DNA of 64,000 nucleotides from an uncultured Gemmatimonadales bacterium (GCA_963793305.1 CAWBZV010000002.1:859193-923192); one strand, 5' to 3'. Shown: positions 10,503 through 20,742, counted from the first letter of the stretch. The notes: generated from the sequence alone by a model not told the origin. Made by a program: numbers and translations.

Positions 10503-12342
10503 TTAAGGACGCGCCGACGCGGCGCTCAGCTGGTACAGCAACGACAATGCGAGACCCGCCATCTCGGCCGAACACTGGCCGAGGCGTGCTAGGCCATGCG
10601 CGAAATCGTTGCGGAGGTTCAAGCCAGTCTGTGAGTCGAGGACCGAATCAATGTGGTCCCAGAGATCGGAACCTAGATATGCTTTTACGGTCCTTCCGTC
10701 CGGAAGCGTGCGCCGCATGAGGGTCGCCAGTGTGGCATCATCGGTTCTGGAGGTACCATCGCCGACGTTACGCCGAAAGTCGGTCGTGTCCACGCCAAGC
10801 GATCGAAGATGCTGCCGTAGGCTGTCCTCGAATGTGGGGCACCAAGATATGTGTCGCTGATACAAAATCTTCCGCGATCAGACGTTCACATCCGCGGTGA
10901 AGCATCGTGATCGTGTCTTGGTCAAGTGCGAGTGGCATGATCGGGACGATCAGGTCATCGGGCGTGAGCCCAACTGTCGCAGCCGCGCCGATGACGGTCG
11001 TAGCCACGGCGGCGCCGAGCAATCGCGCGTCCAGCATCGCTCGTTGCTCTACATCCAATGCGACGTTGCCAGCTGTTGTGCCGCTTTCGCCAACGACCTT
11101 GCTGGTGGTGATGACTGTGCGTCCAACAAGCGCTTGCAACGGCGCTTCGGCGTTTGCTTCGAGCACACGTGTCGTGAGGCTGGCCCGGTCCGGCACGGAC
11201 GCCGTCACGCGCTCAAGTAGAGCGGTCATGGTCGCGCCGGCTGTGTCGCGGGTGTAGTCCATTAATTCCTTCGGGATCTCGATTGGCATAGTTATCACGT
11301 TGAATTCGCCGCCAGTGATCGCCTTCTTCAGAGCCGACTGCTCGCTGACACGCAGCTTAGATACCTGGTCGGCCGTGTAGTATTGCCGCTCGGTTTCTGC
11401 GAGGCGCAGCGCCTCACGATAGAAGTGGGCGGCCAAAACACCCTCGCCGCGCGAGGCGTGCAGATCGGCTCGCAATACCAGCGCGTCAAAGTGGGTGCGG
11501 ACTCTGCGCTCGTGTGTGCCTTGCTCGCCCCAATGCTTTCGCAATATCGCGTCGATCTCGGCGGTCTTCCGCACGAAGTCATCGGCAATGTGTCGAGCTT
11601 GATAGAAGGCGAGCGCATCCGCGACCAAGGTCAGTGTCCGCAACCGAAGCGCCTCTGAAACGGCGTCTGCTGGTATCACTGCCAAATGGGCCAGGTAAGG
11701 TGCAACCCACCGGTGCCGCATGAACTCCCGCTCGCTCGGATCACGTACCGGAAAGGTGCGCGAGCTGTCGGCGAGGTTGACGAGCCACTCAGTCCACTCC
11801 TTCTGTTCGTTCGGCTGTAGGACACCTTGCCGCGAAAGAAGCGTGGAGACGCGAGTCAATGCTCGGTCGATAAAGACACCGGCGAAAGCGTCGGGGTCGT
11901 TGGCGGCATCTGTCCTGCAACTATCAATGTAGCGTCGGTAGATGGTCAGTAGTTGTTGCTGTCGTCGGATCCATTCCTTTCCACGCTGCTCGGACCGCAG
12001 GAAAACGAACTCGAGATAGTGCAGCTCGAGTACGATGTCGCGGGTCTCCTTGGCGCGCTCCTCAGCGTACGCTACGGTATCCGCCGTCAACCGATAATGT
12101 GTCGCATATGGCTCATATGGTGCCCCGCCGTAAGGGGAGTTTCCATCGGCCGGTGTGATAATGAGATCATGGAGCCCGAGCTCCCAATAAGCCAACCGTA
12201 CGGATACCGGGTCCGCTGCGGCCTCGAAGCGTTGTAGAGCACTGAGTACAATGCTTCGCTTCGCCTCATAGTAGTGTAAACTCGCTGGGAGCTTGGCAGG
12301 AGCATCGTACTGGGGGCCCAGCAGCCCAGGCGTCAGCGCCAT
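10503..12342 (-). CDS. DUF4209-like protein with a C-terminal HEPN-type motif (frameshift near 10840)
   Basis: ORFs 10768..12342 and 10503..10865 join; C-terminal GLNLRNDFAHG (RxxxxH). Confidence 0.7.
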
Positions 12343-12444
12343 GGCCTAAACTTAGTGCGTCGACAAGTCGTCCACGGGACCAAAGCTTAGACACGCCGAA
12401 AATCGCGGATGCGAGATCTCCTCATTCCTTTGTCGCCGGCTCCA

Positions 12445-13590
12445 TCAGCTGCCAGTGTGCGACACGTCGTGCGCCGCGGCGATTCGCTCCCACTTATCAC
12501 GCTCCTGCTGTGACGGCATGAATCGCCCATAGATCTTGAGCACGAGGATGGCGTTCGCGTGCCCGAGCTGGCGGGCGATGAGCTCTGCCGGCGTGCCGGC
12601 GCGGGCGGCGCGTACTGCGTACGAGTGCCGCTGGTCGTGGATACGGTAGTCCTCGATCCCGAGCGCCGTGCAGGCGGACTTGTGGTGATCCTGTGCGCGC
12701 CAGCGGTCGCAATGCGGGAATAGTGGCGCGTTCGGCGTCAGCAGCGCGCACTGTTTCTCGACGTAGGGCCACGCCCATTCGGCAACGCGCACGATTCGGT
12801 CGCGGGCGTGGGTCTTCGTGCCGGCCGCGCGAATCTCGCGGCGCGGGGCGTCAATGTCGCGGGCGCGCAGCGCGAGGGCGACCGAGACCTCGATCCCCGT
12901 GCCGCCGAGCAGCGCGGAGAGTGTCCGGTAAGGTGCCGGCTGGGCGTCGGCGAGGCGGATCAAATCCACGACTTCGAGCCAGCGACACCGCGGCGCAGCT
13001 GGTCGCGGAGCGCTAATGTCGCGCAACGGGTTTGCCGACAGCACGTGCCGGCGAACGAGATACCGGGCGAACTGTGACATCGCGGCGTGCGCCTTTCGCC
13101 GGGTGCCGGATTTCCCCTTGTAGTGGGCTAGCCAGTCTTCGAGTCTGGCTGCCGTGAACTCCGAGCGAGGAAAGGGCTTTCCCTCGGGCAGCAGGGTGCG
13201 GACGGCGAAGCGGTAGTGCGCCAGTGTGTCGGGCGCGACGTTCGGCGCATGTACTTCGAGCCAGGCGGCAATGTGGGGCTCGAGATCAACGTCGTTCAGG
13301 CGATCGCGTAGCGCGTCGACGCTCTGCGATCGGACCGCGTCGTAGAGATCGCCAACCGTCAGGCGATCGTCAGCCATGGCATTCAAGAGATCCCACTCGC
13401 GGCGGTCGACGAGCTGTCGCAGCGCGCGCTCGATCGCGCACGCCGTCGAGCGGTTGGGCGTACCGCTCGACTTCCGAACCGAGCCACCAGGTGTCGGTAG
13501 CTCAATGTACCAATGAGGGCGGTTCGGGCGACGAAAGGGCACGCGGTGAGAGAGAGTAGGAGGGGCGCAATTTAGCAACGCATCGCTCAT
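12445..13590 (-). CDS. tyrosine recombinase/integrase
   Basis: IHDQRHSYA (HxxR), QLGH and the IY catalytic Tyr; box I reads TGIEVSV, lacking the usual Arg. Confidence 0.9.
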   Translation of the reverse strand: MSDALLNCAPPTLSHRVPFRRPNRPHWYIELPTPGGSVRKSSGTPNRSTACAIERALRQLVDRREWDLLNAMADDRLTVGDLYDAVRSQSVDALRDRLNDVDLEPHIAAWLEVHAPNVAPDTLAHYRFAVRTLLPEGKPFPRSEFTAARLEDWLAHYKGKSGTRRKAHAAMSQFARYLVRRHVLSANPLRDISAPRPAAPRCRWLEVVDLIRLADAQPAPYRTLSALLGGTGIEVSVALALRARDIDAPRREIRAAGTKTHARDRIVRVAEWAWPYVEKQCALLTPNAPLFPHCDRWRAQDHHKSACTALGIEDYRIHDQRHSYAVRAARAGTPAELIARQLGHANAILVLKIYGRFMPSQQERDKWERIAAAHDVSHTGS

Positions 13591-13607
13591 GGAGCGTCAT
13601 CGATATC

Positions 13608-13913
13608 TCACGGTCCAAATCTCTTCGTTGCGCGACGTTGTTCCGCCCATCCGCGAACGTCCGCGGGACTGTAGCGGACGAGCGGCTTGCCGCGCGTCCC
13701 CGTGCCTGGCAACAGGATCTTGGGGCAGCTGGACGCGCGCAGATATCTCTGGCTGACGCACAGGTATTCGGCGGCCTCAGCCTGCGTCCATAGCCTTTCG
13801 CTGTGGCGAGTTGTCGGCTGCGCATGTGCGGCATGGCTGGGGTCAGATGCGCTCGCTGGCGGCGACGGAGTCCATATTCGGGCCTTCTGACGTGTCATCT
13901 CTGTGCGAGGCAT
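13608..13913 (-). CDS. excisionase-like HTH protein
   Basis: LWTQAEAAEYLCVSQRYL...VRYSPADVRGW; directly upstream of the integrase. Confidence 0.75.
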   Translation of the reverse strand: MPRTEMTRQKARIWTPSPPASASDPSHAAHAQPTTRHSERLWTQAEAAEYLCVSQRYLRASSCPKILLPGTGTRGKPLVRYSPADVRGWAEQRRATKRFGP

Positions 13914-14123
13914 TGAGAGCTCTCCTGGTGAGGGTCGGTTCCTCTCTGTTGATCATCTCAAGGCCATTGGCGGTCTATATAAGTAGGGGAGCGATATCTC
14001 CCGGACGTGCACAGAACTGTGAGAGATGCCTATGAGAAACATTGACCGTTGTGATGTGTACCGTGAGCCCCACATTCTGCCACATGCGGCAATGCGAGGC
14101 GACGAGGAACCGCACAGACGAAC

Positions 14124-14900
14124 ATGGGAGGCGACATGACTGATGGGGTGTCGGAGCAGGGAAGTGGATCAGGTGCGGATGGAGAGAGTCGATCGATGGT
14201 GGGCCACTACGCAATGAGAGTGGCGCGTGACGCGGCGCTAGCCCTGCGCATTCGTGCGGGCAATGACGAAGCGTACACGGAGCTTTACAACCTCTATTGG
14301 GCGAGCCTGTGCCGAGCTGCGGCCTCGGTCGTGGGCGATGAGGCGCCCGATGTCGTGCAGCGGGTGTTCCTGAAGATTTGGCTCAAACGCGAGCGCTGGA
14401 CGGTGAGAGCAACGGTGGTGGCCTACTTGTTCACTGCCGTTCGGAATCGTGCGCTTGAGCTCATCGGTGAGGACAAGCATCGGCGGTGCAATGAGCGACA
14501 CTTCGCGGACGGATCGCGTCGGTTAGATCGCGCTGACCGGCAGCGGGAAGACGAAAGTCCCGATTGGATCGCTGAGATCGATGAGCAAATCGCCGCCATC
14601 TTCGCGAGCGGCGAGGCTCGCGCGATGCGCGGTGACGTGGAGCATGCCCTCAACGCCGCGGTTGTGGCAATGTCTCCGCGCTGCCGGGAAGTGTTCACGA
14701 TGTACTGGGAGATGCAGCCTGAGCACGCGTTCTCTTACCGCGAAATCGGTAAGGCCTTGGGAATGAGTTCGTCCACAGTGCGGCAGCACTTGATCAAAGC
14801 ACGTGGAATCCTCGAGGAGAGCCTTGAGCGTGCGGGCTGGGTCAACGTCCTCAAGCGCCAGTCGACGTGTGCCCGCGAAGGTGGTCAGGATGCCGCGTAA
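14124..14900 (+). CDS. ECF-type sigma-70 factor
   Basis: region 2 DVVQRVFLKIW...YLFTAVRNRALE; region 4 SYREIGKALGMSSSTVRQHLIKAR. Confidence 0.85.
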   Translation: MGGDMTDGVSEQGSGSGADGESRSMVGHYAMRVARDAALALRIRAGNDEAYTELYNLYWASLCRAAASVVGDEAPDVVQRVFLKIWLKRERWTVRATVVAYLFTAVRNRALELIGEDKHRRCNERHFADGSRRLDRADRQREDESPDWIAEIDEQIAAIFASGEARAMRGDVEHALNAAVVAMSPRCREVFTMYWEMQPEHAFSYREIGKALGMSSSTVRQHLIKARGILEESLERAGWVNVLKRQSTCAREGGQDAA

Positions 14901-15209
14901 GGCTCGGTTGAGAGCCTCGGCTCCGGGCTCGCGCGACCTATGGAGCCGCCGACGGGACTGGCATCAGCCGAACGAGATGTGCTTGGCGGAGCTCCGGCGG
15001 GGCATGGCCGTGATTGAGCGCAAGCGGTTTGCGCGTGAGCTGCGAGCGATCCAACGACGCCGGCGATGGATGGCGGGCCTGATCTTCGGGCTTCTGAACG
15101 GTGCGGAGTACAATGCCGCACTTGCTGCGGCACCTCTGGCTCGACGCGCGGCGCTGTCAGTCGTAGCCGCGCTGGCTGCCCGAACGCCTCAGTGTCAGAA
15201 TTGATATAT

Positions 15210-15416
15210 CTACCCGTCGTGGCGGACGCCACGCTCAAGCTCCTCCCACGGACAGTGTTCGTCCTCGTACGCCTGGACGAGCGTCGATAGGAACTCCAGG
15301 CGCTCGTACTCCTCGCTGCCGCGTCTGGGGCCGGCATCGAGCAGCGCGTCGATCTCATGGACCGCAGACCAAAATTCCTGAGGTGTGCTCAGGACGTGCG
15401 GTTTCTTTGAGTCCAT
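15210..15416 (-). CDS. HigA-like antitoxin N-terminal domain, no HTH
   Basis: EIDALLDAGPRRGSEEYERLEFLSTLVQAYEDEH resembles the HigA N-terminus. Confidence 0.55.
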   Translation of the reverse strand: MDSKKPHVLSTPQEFWSAVHEIDALLDAGPRRGSEEYERLEFLSTLVQAYEDEHCPWEELERGVRHDG

Positions 15417-15847
15417 CAGCCGCGCAATAGCGCTCGGAAGCCCGCTTGCTCGAAATTGCGATCGGCAGTCAAAGCGTCGCCGAGGCCGAGCTCAGTCATC
15501 GTCACGAATGAGAGGCAGTCGACAAGGCCCCACGCCTTGTCAGTCCGGTTCTGATACAAGGCGAGCGCTCTATCGTAGCTCAGTCCCGTCACTTCGACGA
15601 TCTGCGCCTGCGGGTCGTTGGGGATGAGGGCCAAGAAGCGAGCGGCCTGCTGTCGCGAGGTCGGTCCGGCCAGCCCGTTCCCGATTTCCAGCATGACGGC
15701 CCGTGTAATGACGTAGCCAGTCCGAGTCTCCTGTAAGACTCGTGCGAGCTCGACGGCCTGGGCGTGATGGACATCGGCAGGAGACAGCAATGCAATCGCG
15801 TACGACGTGTCGACGAGTACTCGACCCGCCAGGCGTGGAATTGTCAT
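15416..15847 (-). CDS. PIN domain (VapC) toxin
   Basis: VDTSYAIAL...DVHH...EIGN...WGLVDCLSF...ALTADRNF. Confidence 0.9.
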   Translation of the reverse strand: MTIPRLAGRVLVDTSYAIALLSPADVHHAQAVELARVLQETRTGYVITRAVMLEIGNGLAGPTSRQQAARFLALIPNDPQAQIVEVTGLSYDRALALYQNRTDKAWGLVDCLSFVTMTELGLGDALTADRNFEQAGFRALLRG

Positions 15848-15867
15848 TGTCGATCTGGGCGACGTGG

Positions 15868-16122
15868 TCAGTTGCTGCGCCGCCGCTCGTCTTCGGCCAG
15901 GTACTCTTCCCAGCGTTCCGACCAATCGGGCGGGCCGCTCACCTGGGCGGACTCAAGGTACGCGAGAGCCGACCCCCACTCGCCGGGTGCGGTGCGTGCT
16001 CCCGATGCGCCGTTCTCACCGGCGCTGGCGACTGCGGTGCGGACCTGGGCGAGCACGTCGTCTGGCGTGGCCCCGTCAGGAAGGGCCTGTACGGCGCGGA
16101 GCACCCGTTCTTTGACTGTCAT
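15868..16122 (-). CDS. putative antitoxin
   Basis: MTVKERVLRAVQALPDGAT start, GPPDWSERWEEYL tail; upstream of VapC. Confidence 0.55.
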   Translation of the reverse strand: MTVKERVLRAVQALPDGATPDDVLAQVRTAVASAGENGASGARTAPGEWGSALAYLESAQVSGPPDWSERWEEYLAEDERRRSN

Positions 16123-16260
16123 CTAGACCTCCGGAGCCACTTCATGTTCGCAGCAACGCAATGGGTCAACATAGTAGTATCGAGGGTTTGCGGTCGCCCG
16201 TCCACGGTTGATCGAGAACGGTCCGGTCTCCAAGTACTGACGCTCGCCAACAGGTGGGAG

Positions 16261-16942
16261 TCAGAGCCAGCCCTCTTCCTTGAAGCTGATATAGCGGTCG
16301 CGCCCGATGATCACGTGATCGTCGACGGGTATGCCTATCATGTTCCCGGCAGCCGCGCACTGTTCTGTTAAGCCGCGATCCTCGCGTGACGGCGTGGGGT
16401 CGCCACTTGGGTGGTTGTGGACCAGGATGATCGATGAGGCTGGCGCGCCAACGACCTGACGGAATAGTTCGCGGGGGTGGATTGCGACGTAACCGAGTAT
16501 TCCCGTCGCGACCCGAATCGTGCGCTCGAGGCGGCGCTGGCGGTCGAGCACGCCGACGTGAAACTCCTCGACCGGTAGATCCTGCAGCTGCGGTGCGAAC
16601 ACGACCGCGATATCGCCTGAGTGATGCATGGGGGGCCGATAGGGCAAAGACTCCGCGGCCCAACGCCGGGCGAGCTCGAACGAGGCGACGATCTGGCCGG
16701 CGCGCACCGGGCCAATGCCGCATACCCTCGTGAGCGCGCTCGGCGGCGAGCACCCCATGCGCCGCAGCGAGCCGCTGCAGCTGGCGAGTAGCTCACAGCC
16801 GATCCCGATCGCGGCATCCTGCCCAGTGGCCGCGCCCACGAGGATCGACCAAGAGCTCGGGAACCGTGAGGACTCCGGCCCCCAGGCGGAGTAGCCGCTC
16901 ACGCGGCCACTCCGTTCGGTGTAGATCGCCGATAGTGAGCAT
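16261..16942 (-). CDS. radC: RadC/JAB domain protein (frameshift near 16850)
   Basis: N-terminal WPRERLLRLGAGVL in the adjacent frame; IHPRELF, HNHPSGDPTPSRED and DHVIIG motifs. Confidence 0.88.
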
Positions 16943-17289
16943 CACACTTCCGCGTGAGTGGCGCGGTGCTCGGCGATGTAGTCTGCCATATCGTCGTCGA
17001 ACTCCTGGGCGCACCGGAGCTCGTCGGTGTCGTGGAGGAGGCGGCCGTCGATCTCGCGCGACTCCTGGTTCGGCTTGATCGCGCAGCCGCACCAGGCGCA
17101 TGGCGGCTCGACGCGGATGTAGCGGCGAAGGAGCGAGGCCTCGGCGACGGCACGCTGCGCGAGGTTGTGGCGTGCGAGCTCTGCCTCGATGTAAGAGGTG
17201 AACGGGGTGTCGTCGACCGACCATAGCCCTTCAGTGGCGATGATACCGACTTCGACGGCGCGGATGGCGCGTGCTTCCGATGGTGACAT
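16942..17289 (-). CDS. hypothetical protein with a CxxC...H...C putative Zn site
   Basis: CAWCG...LLHD...RC; stop overlaps the radC start (TGATG). Confidence 0.55.
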   Translation of the reverse strand: MSPSEARAIRAVEVGIIATEGLWSVDDTPFTSYIEAELARHNLAQRAVAEASLLRRYIRVEPPCAWCGCAIKPNQESREIDGRLLHDTDELRCAQEFDDDMADYIAEHRATHAEV

Positions 17290-17360
17290 GCGACCTCCCG
17301 ATGATGGCCCGGGAGGAGCACGCGGTTACCATGCGCGTGCCCCTTCGGGGGTGATTGGAG

Positions 17361-17408
17361 GAGCCAGTCCCGCGACTCGGCGATGGGGAGCGGGCTGGCT
17401 CTGTTTTT
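17361..17408 (+). terminator. terminator-like hairpin
   Basis: GAGCCAGTCCCGC...GCGGGCTGGCTC followed by TGTTTTT. Confidence 0.5.
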
Positions 17409-17874
17409 GGTGGGAGGAATTTTAGCGACAGAGAGTGAGCTAAACCGTTACCACTGGCTGGCTTATCTAATCGTTAGCCATCGAGAGCCGAGGCGCGTCG
17501 TGGGAGCCGACTGCCAGCCCGGGCTGTCCACGCAAAGGGCCGTTGCTCTCAGAGGGTGGGGCATGCTGAGCAGCATCGAGAGGCGCGATCAAGGCTCTAG
17601 CTGGCAACATGAGACAGAGCGCGTAGCGCAGTCCGATGCAGTACATCGGCGGAGCGAAGCGGAGCTGATGTGGCGGAGCCTGCGCACGCGCAGCGTGCGC
17701 ACGGGTGGCGCACGCTGGAGGATCGGGTGATGCGCGCACGACCGAATCGTTGCGGAGAATCGCTGTATCGCCGCTTGACGGACCGATTTGCGGTTGGGTC
17801 GGTCTAGCCGTGTGAGACTAGTGCGAGGCGAAGCCCAATGCGCCACATCGCCGAATGGCAACGCCAGCGATCGG

Positions 17875-18492
17875 TCATCGCGTGCAGGTAAGCTGCACGC
17901 CTTGGAGCTGGACTTGCTTCTCCGTGAGCAAAGAGAAAGCGTTGGAGATTACGAGCGCATACTTGCCACCACCAGTCATGTTGACGTTGAGTGGAATCGC
18001 GGTTTCGCGACCAGTGGAGAAATAGACCTTCGACTGGTGGTTGTTCTTCCAGTTGAGGTATTGGTCCCACGTTGTCACAAGGACCATGATATCCTTGGCG
18101 CCACCTGAGAGTGCTTCAATGTGTCCGATCATGTGGCAATTCGGGCGGTCCGGTGGTACGACGAAACTCCACACCCAGTATGTGCCCGCTTTTACTTCTT
18201 GCGTCCCGTCCTGGGCCGTGATGGTAAGTGGGCCGCCCATCTGGGTTGGCACGGCGGCACTCGATCCACTGCGAGCCCAGAACACCACTGCGCCGATCAT
18301 TGCCAGTACGACAAGGAACGCTGGACTGCCAATGCTGCGCTTCTTAGCCGGCGCCGGTGCAGGCTTCGAGCGACTCGATTGCGCTCCGGATGCCGTGTTC
18401 GTGGCGCTGAGGTCTCGGCCGCAATGTTTGCAAAGGACTGCGGCGTTCTGAATCTGCTCTGCACAGAAAGGGCAGTTCTTCATCGTCGGCAC
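17875..18492 (-). CDS. zinc-ribbon plus TM plus extracytoplasmic beta-domain protein
   Basis: CPFC...CKHC ribbon, one TM, beta-rich C-terminus. Confidence 0.7.
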   Translation of the reverse strand: MPTMKNCPFCAEQIQNAAVLCKHCGRDLSATNTASGAQSSRSKPAPAPAKKRSIGSPAFLVVLAMIGAVVFWARSGSSAAVPTQMGGPLTITAQDGTQEVKAGTYWVWSFVVPPDRPNCHMIGHIEALSGGAKDIMVLVTTWDQYLNWKNNHQSKVYFSTGRETAIPLNVNMTGGGKYALVISNAFSLLTEKQVQLQGVQLTCTR

Positions 18493-18634
18493 TCGTGTCG
18501 AAGTGTTCTCTTGAGCATTCGTTTACACATTGACGACGAGTCCGACAGATCGTCAGTCCGCCACTGGGCAGCGCTTGCAGTCTCGCAAGTTGCCGCAGTG
18601 TTCTCGCACCAGGGCTGAAGCTCGACGGGAGCAG

Positions 18635-18781
18635 GGGGCACGGAGCGGCTGCAAGGAGCGAAGCGACTTGCAGTCGCGGAGTGCCCCACCTCGCCGCCGC
18701 TAACAACTGCGAGGCCCGCGTCCGAAGGATGGGGGCCGGCTGCGGCTGACTGAACACGCAAAACGGGAGGTGGCTGCTCCA
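18635..18781 (+). repeat. 147-bp structured direct repeat, copy 1
   Basis: 136/147 identical to 21328-21474 by manual alignment; several stem-loops. Confidence 0.95.
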
Positions 18782-18915
18782 GCCGCGTCGCGCCAATCCT
18801 TTGCCGTTCGTTAGTTCGAGCCGGGGGGCGCGGGAGTCCCGAGATTGCGAAGCGCCCCCTTGTGCTGGCGCTTCAGAAGAGACCGTGGGAGCCGACGTTG
18901 GCTGAGTGCACCTTC

Positions 18916-20457
18916 TTAGTGCGGTAGACTCACAAGCCGCTCTTGGATATTCAGAAGAAATTGATGCAGATCAGTACCAGCGATATCGTCGAGAGTCATA
19001 GCTGATACGATATCGCGATTCCTACGTTTCGGATTGCAGCCGATTTGGCGCTCCACCAATGTGTCGGGATCCAGCCTGTCGATCTGAGATTGTATCCGGG
19101 ATCCCAGTACTCGGCGCAATGCCGACATGGAGAAGTAATTCTCTAAGGCCCTTCGCTGGAGACGATGTGCGTAAATCCCTGCCTTGTTGCATTGTTCCAT
19201 GAATTCAAGTCGCACTTTGTCGCTTTCCGGATCGCCATCGATGAGTGCGATGACATTGCGATTCTCGACGACAACGGTGAGGTCAAGTTGCAACATGGCG
19301 TCACCGCAGAGCGGCCACATCTTGATCAAGCACCGCTCCGGTAGTTGCATTTTGGCTAGAAAGGCCTCGAGCGCGGCCTTGTCACTTGGCCCTTCGACGA
19401 GCAGTAGGAGGTCTGCCACCAGATTGTCGGCGACCGAATACCCGAGATCGGTCAAAACTTTCGCCCTGCTCGTCTCATCGTTGACGACGATCTCGGCGTC
19501 AGAAGTGCAAAGGAAGACACGATCCACGTGCGCAATATCCAGGCACACGCTTGAGTGCGTTGTGAGAACGTATTGTTTATCAGTGCGCGAGCGGAGAAAA
19601 CCGAGCAAGCGCCGCTGAAGGTCGGGATGCAAATGACTCTCTGGTTCCTCGATGCACAGCACATCGATCGAGGGGTCCAGCGCGAAATACACTATCAAGA
19701 GGAGGTCCTGCAGGCCCAAACCGCAATCGTCAGCGTTGAGCGTCACGCCACGCGGACGCGATAGGCTGTCCGGCAGCGTAAACCGCAAATGCAGGAAATT
19801 TTGCCGATCGGGTGTAATCTCGACTGCGTGACCATCCGATAGTGCGCTAAATGCACCAACGACGTTGTTATAAAACTGCCGCTCATCGGAGTACTTATCT
19901 TGATTCAGTGAAAACGAAAGGGTATTGACGATACCGGAGCCAGCAGGATCGGGGGCAAGGCTGAAATTCAAGCTGTCGGTCGTCTTAAGTCGGCGCTTCG
20001 CTGGAAGCAGCTTAACTCTAGGCGGAGGCCCTACTAAAGACGGCCACGCGGTTCCCGCGACTGCAATCTGAAAGGGGTATTGAGTGAACAATGGGTGCCG
20101 GTTGTAACGCTCGGCAAAACCGCTAAACAGAATCCCATCGTCAGTCGCATACCAAATGCCTTCTCGATCCGCAACGGTGGCCTCAACCATTCGATCGAAT
20201 GGCTCCGTGTAGTTCGTGCTCATGCCCTGTGGCAGAGCGACTGCTTTACGTAGAGCGTCTCGCAATGCATTGAACTTAGAACCGCTAAAGGTCACGCCCC
20301 GCACGTTCTTAGTCTGGTCAGCTATGCATTCAACGATCGTGGATTTCCCACTGTTGTTGCGACCAGAAAGCACATTGATGCGGTCTAAGCTGCGGAGGAC
20401 TCCTTGATTGAGGCCCTTGTGAGGCCCAATGCGAATGTGCTCAAAATGGTTCGTCAT
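18916..20457 (-). CDS. OLD-family ABC-ATPase plus TOPRIM nuclease
   Basis: Walker A GRNNSGKST, Walker B IEEPESHLHP, TTHS H-loop, TOPRIM VEGPSD and DGD. Confidence 0.88.
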   Translation of the reverse strand: MTNHFEHIRIGPHKGLNQGVLRSLDRINVLSGRNNSGKSTIVECIADQTKNVRGVTFSGSKFNALRDALRKAVALPQGMSTNYTEPFDRMVEATVADREGIWYATDDGILFSGFAERYNRHPLFTQYPFQIAVAGTAWPSLVGPPPRVKLLPAKRRLKTTDSLNFSLAPDPAGSGIVNTLSFSLNQDKYSDERQFYNNVVGAFSALSDGHAVEITPDRQNFLHLRFTLPDSLSRPRGVTLNADDCGLGLQDLLLIVYFALDPSIDVLCIEEPESHLHPDLQRRLLGFLRSRTDKQYVLTTHSSVCLDIAHVDRVFLCTSDAEIVVNDETSRAKVLTDLGYSVADNLVADLLLLVEGPSDKAALEAFLAKMQLPERCLIKMWPLCGDAMLQLDLTVVVENRNVIALIDGDPESDKVRLEFMEQCNKAGIYAHRLQRRALENYFSMSALRRVLGSRIQSQIDRLDPDTLVERQIGCNPKRRNRDIVSAMTLDDIAGTDLHQFLLNIQERLVSLPH

Positions 20458-20742
20458 TGGCGGGTGAGGGTTACCGCGGATGCGGTTCGGGTACTCGCTA
20501 GGTAAGTGGCGTGAATTCGACCGAATTCGCCAGCGTGTTTTGGTCGCCGGTAATTACCTCTCGAACTAGACACGGATCAGGCAAATTCCTGACGTTGAAA
20601 GGGCAAGATTCTGACGTTGGTTGGCGCAGTACCAACGGGTTACCTGAGTCGCCCTATATTCGCGTCATCACACTCATGGCTCGTATTCCTGGGTAGCGCA
20701 TGCTTCAGCCAGGAGTCACGCGACTGTCAAAGGGATGGGCTA

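Noticed and set aside
18821..18870. GGGGGCGC...GCGAAGCGCCCCCTTGTGCTGGCG hairpin as oriT
   Set aside because: It looks oriT-like, but I cannot match it to a defined nic consensus and it is far from mobC. Left unresolved.
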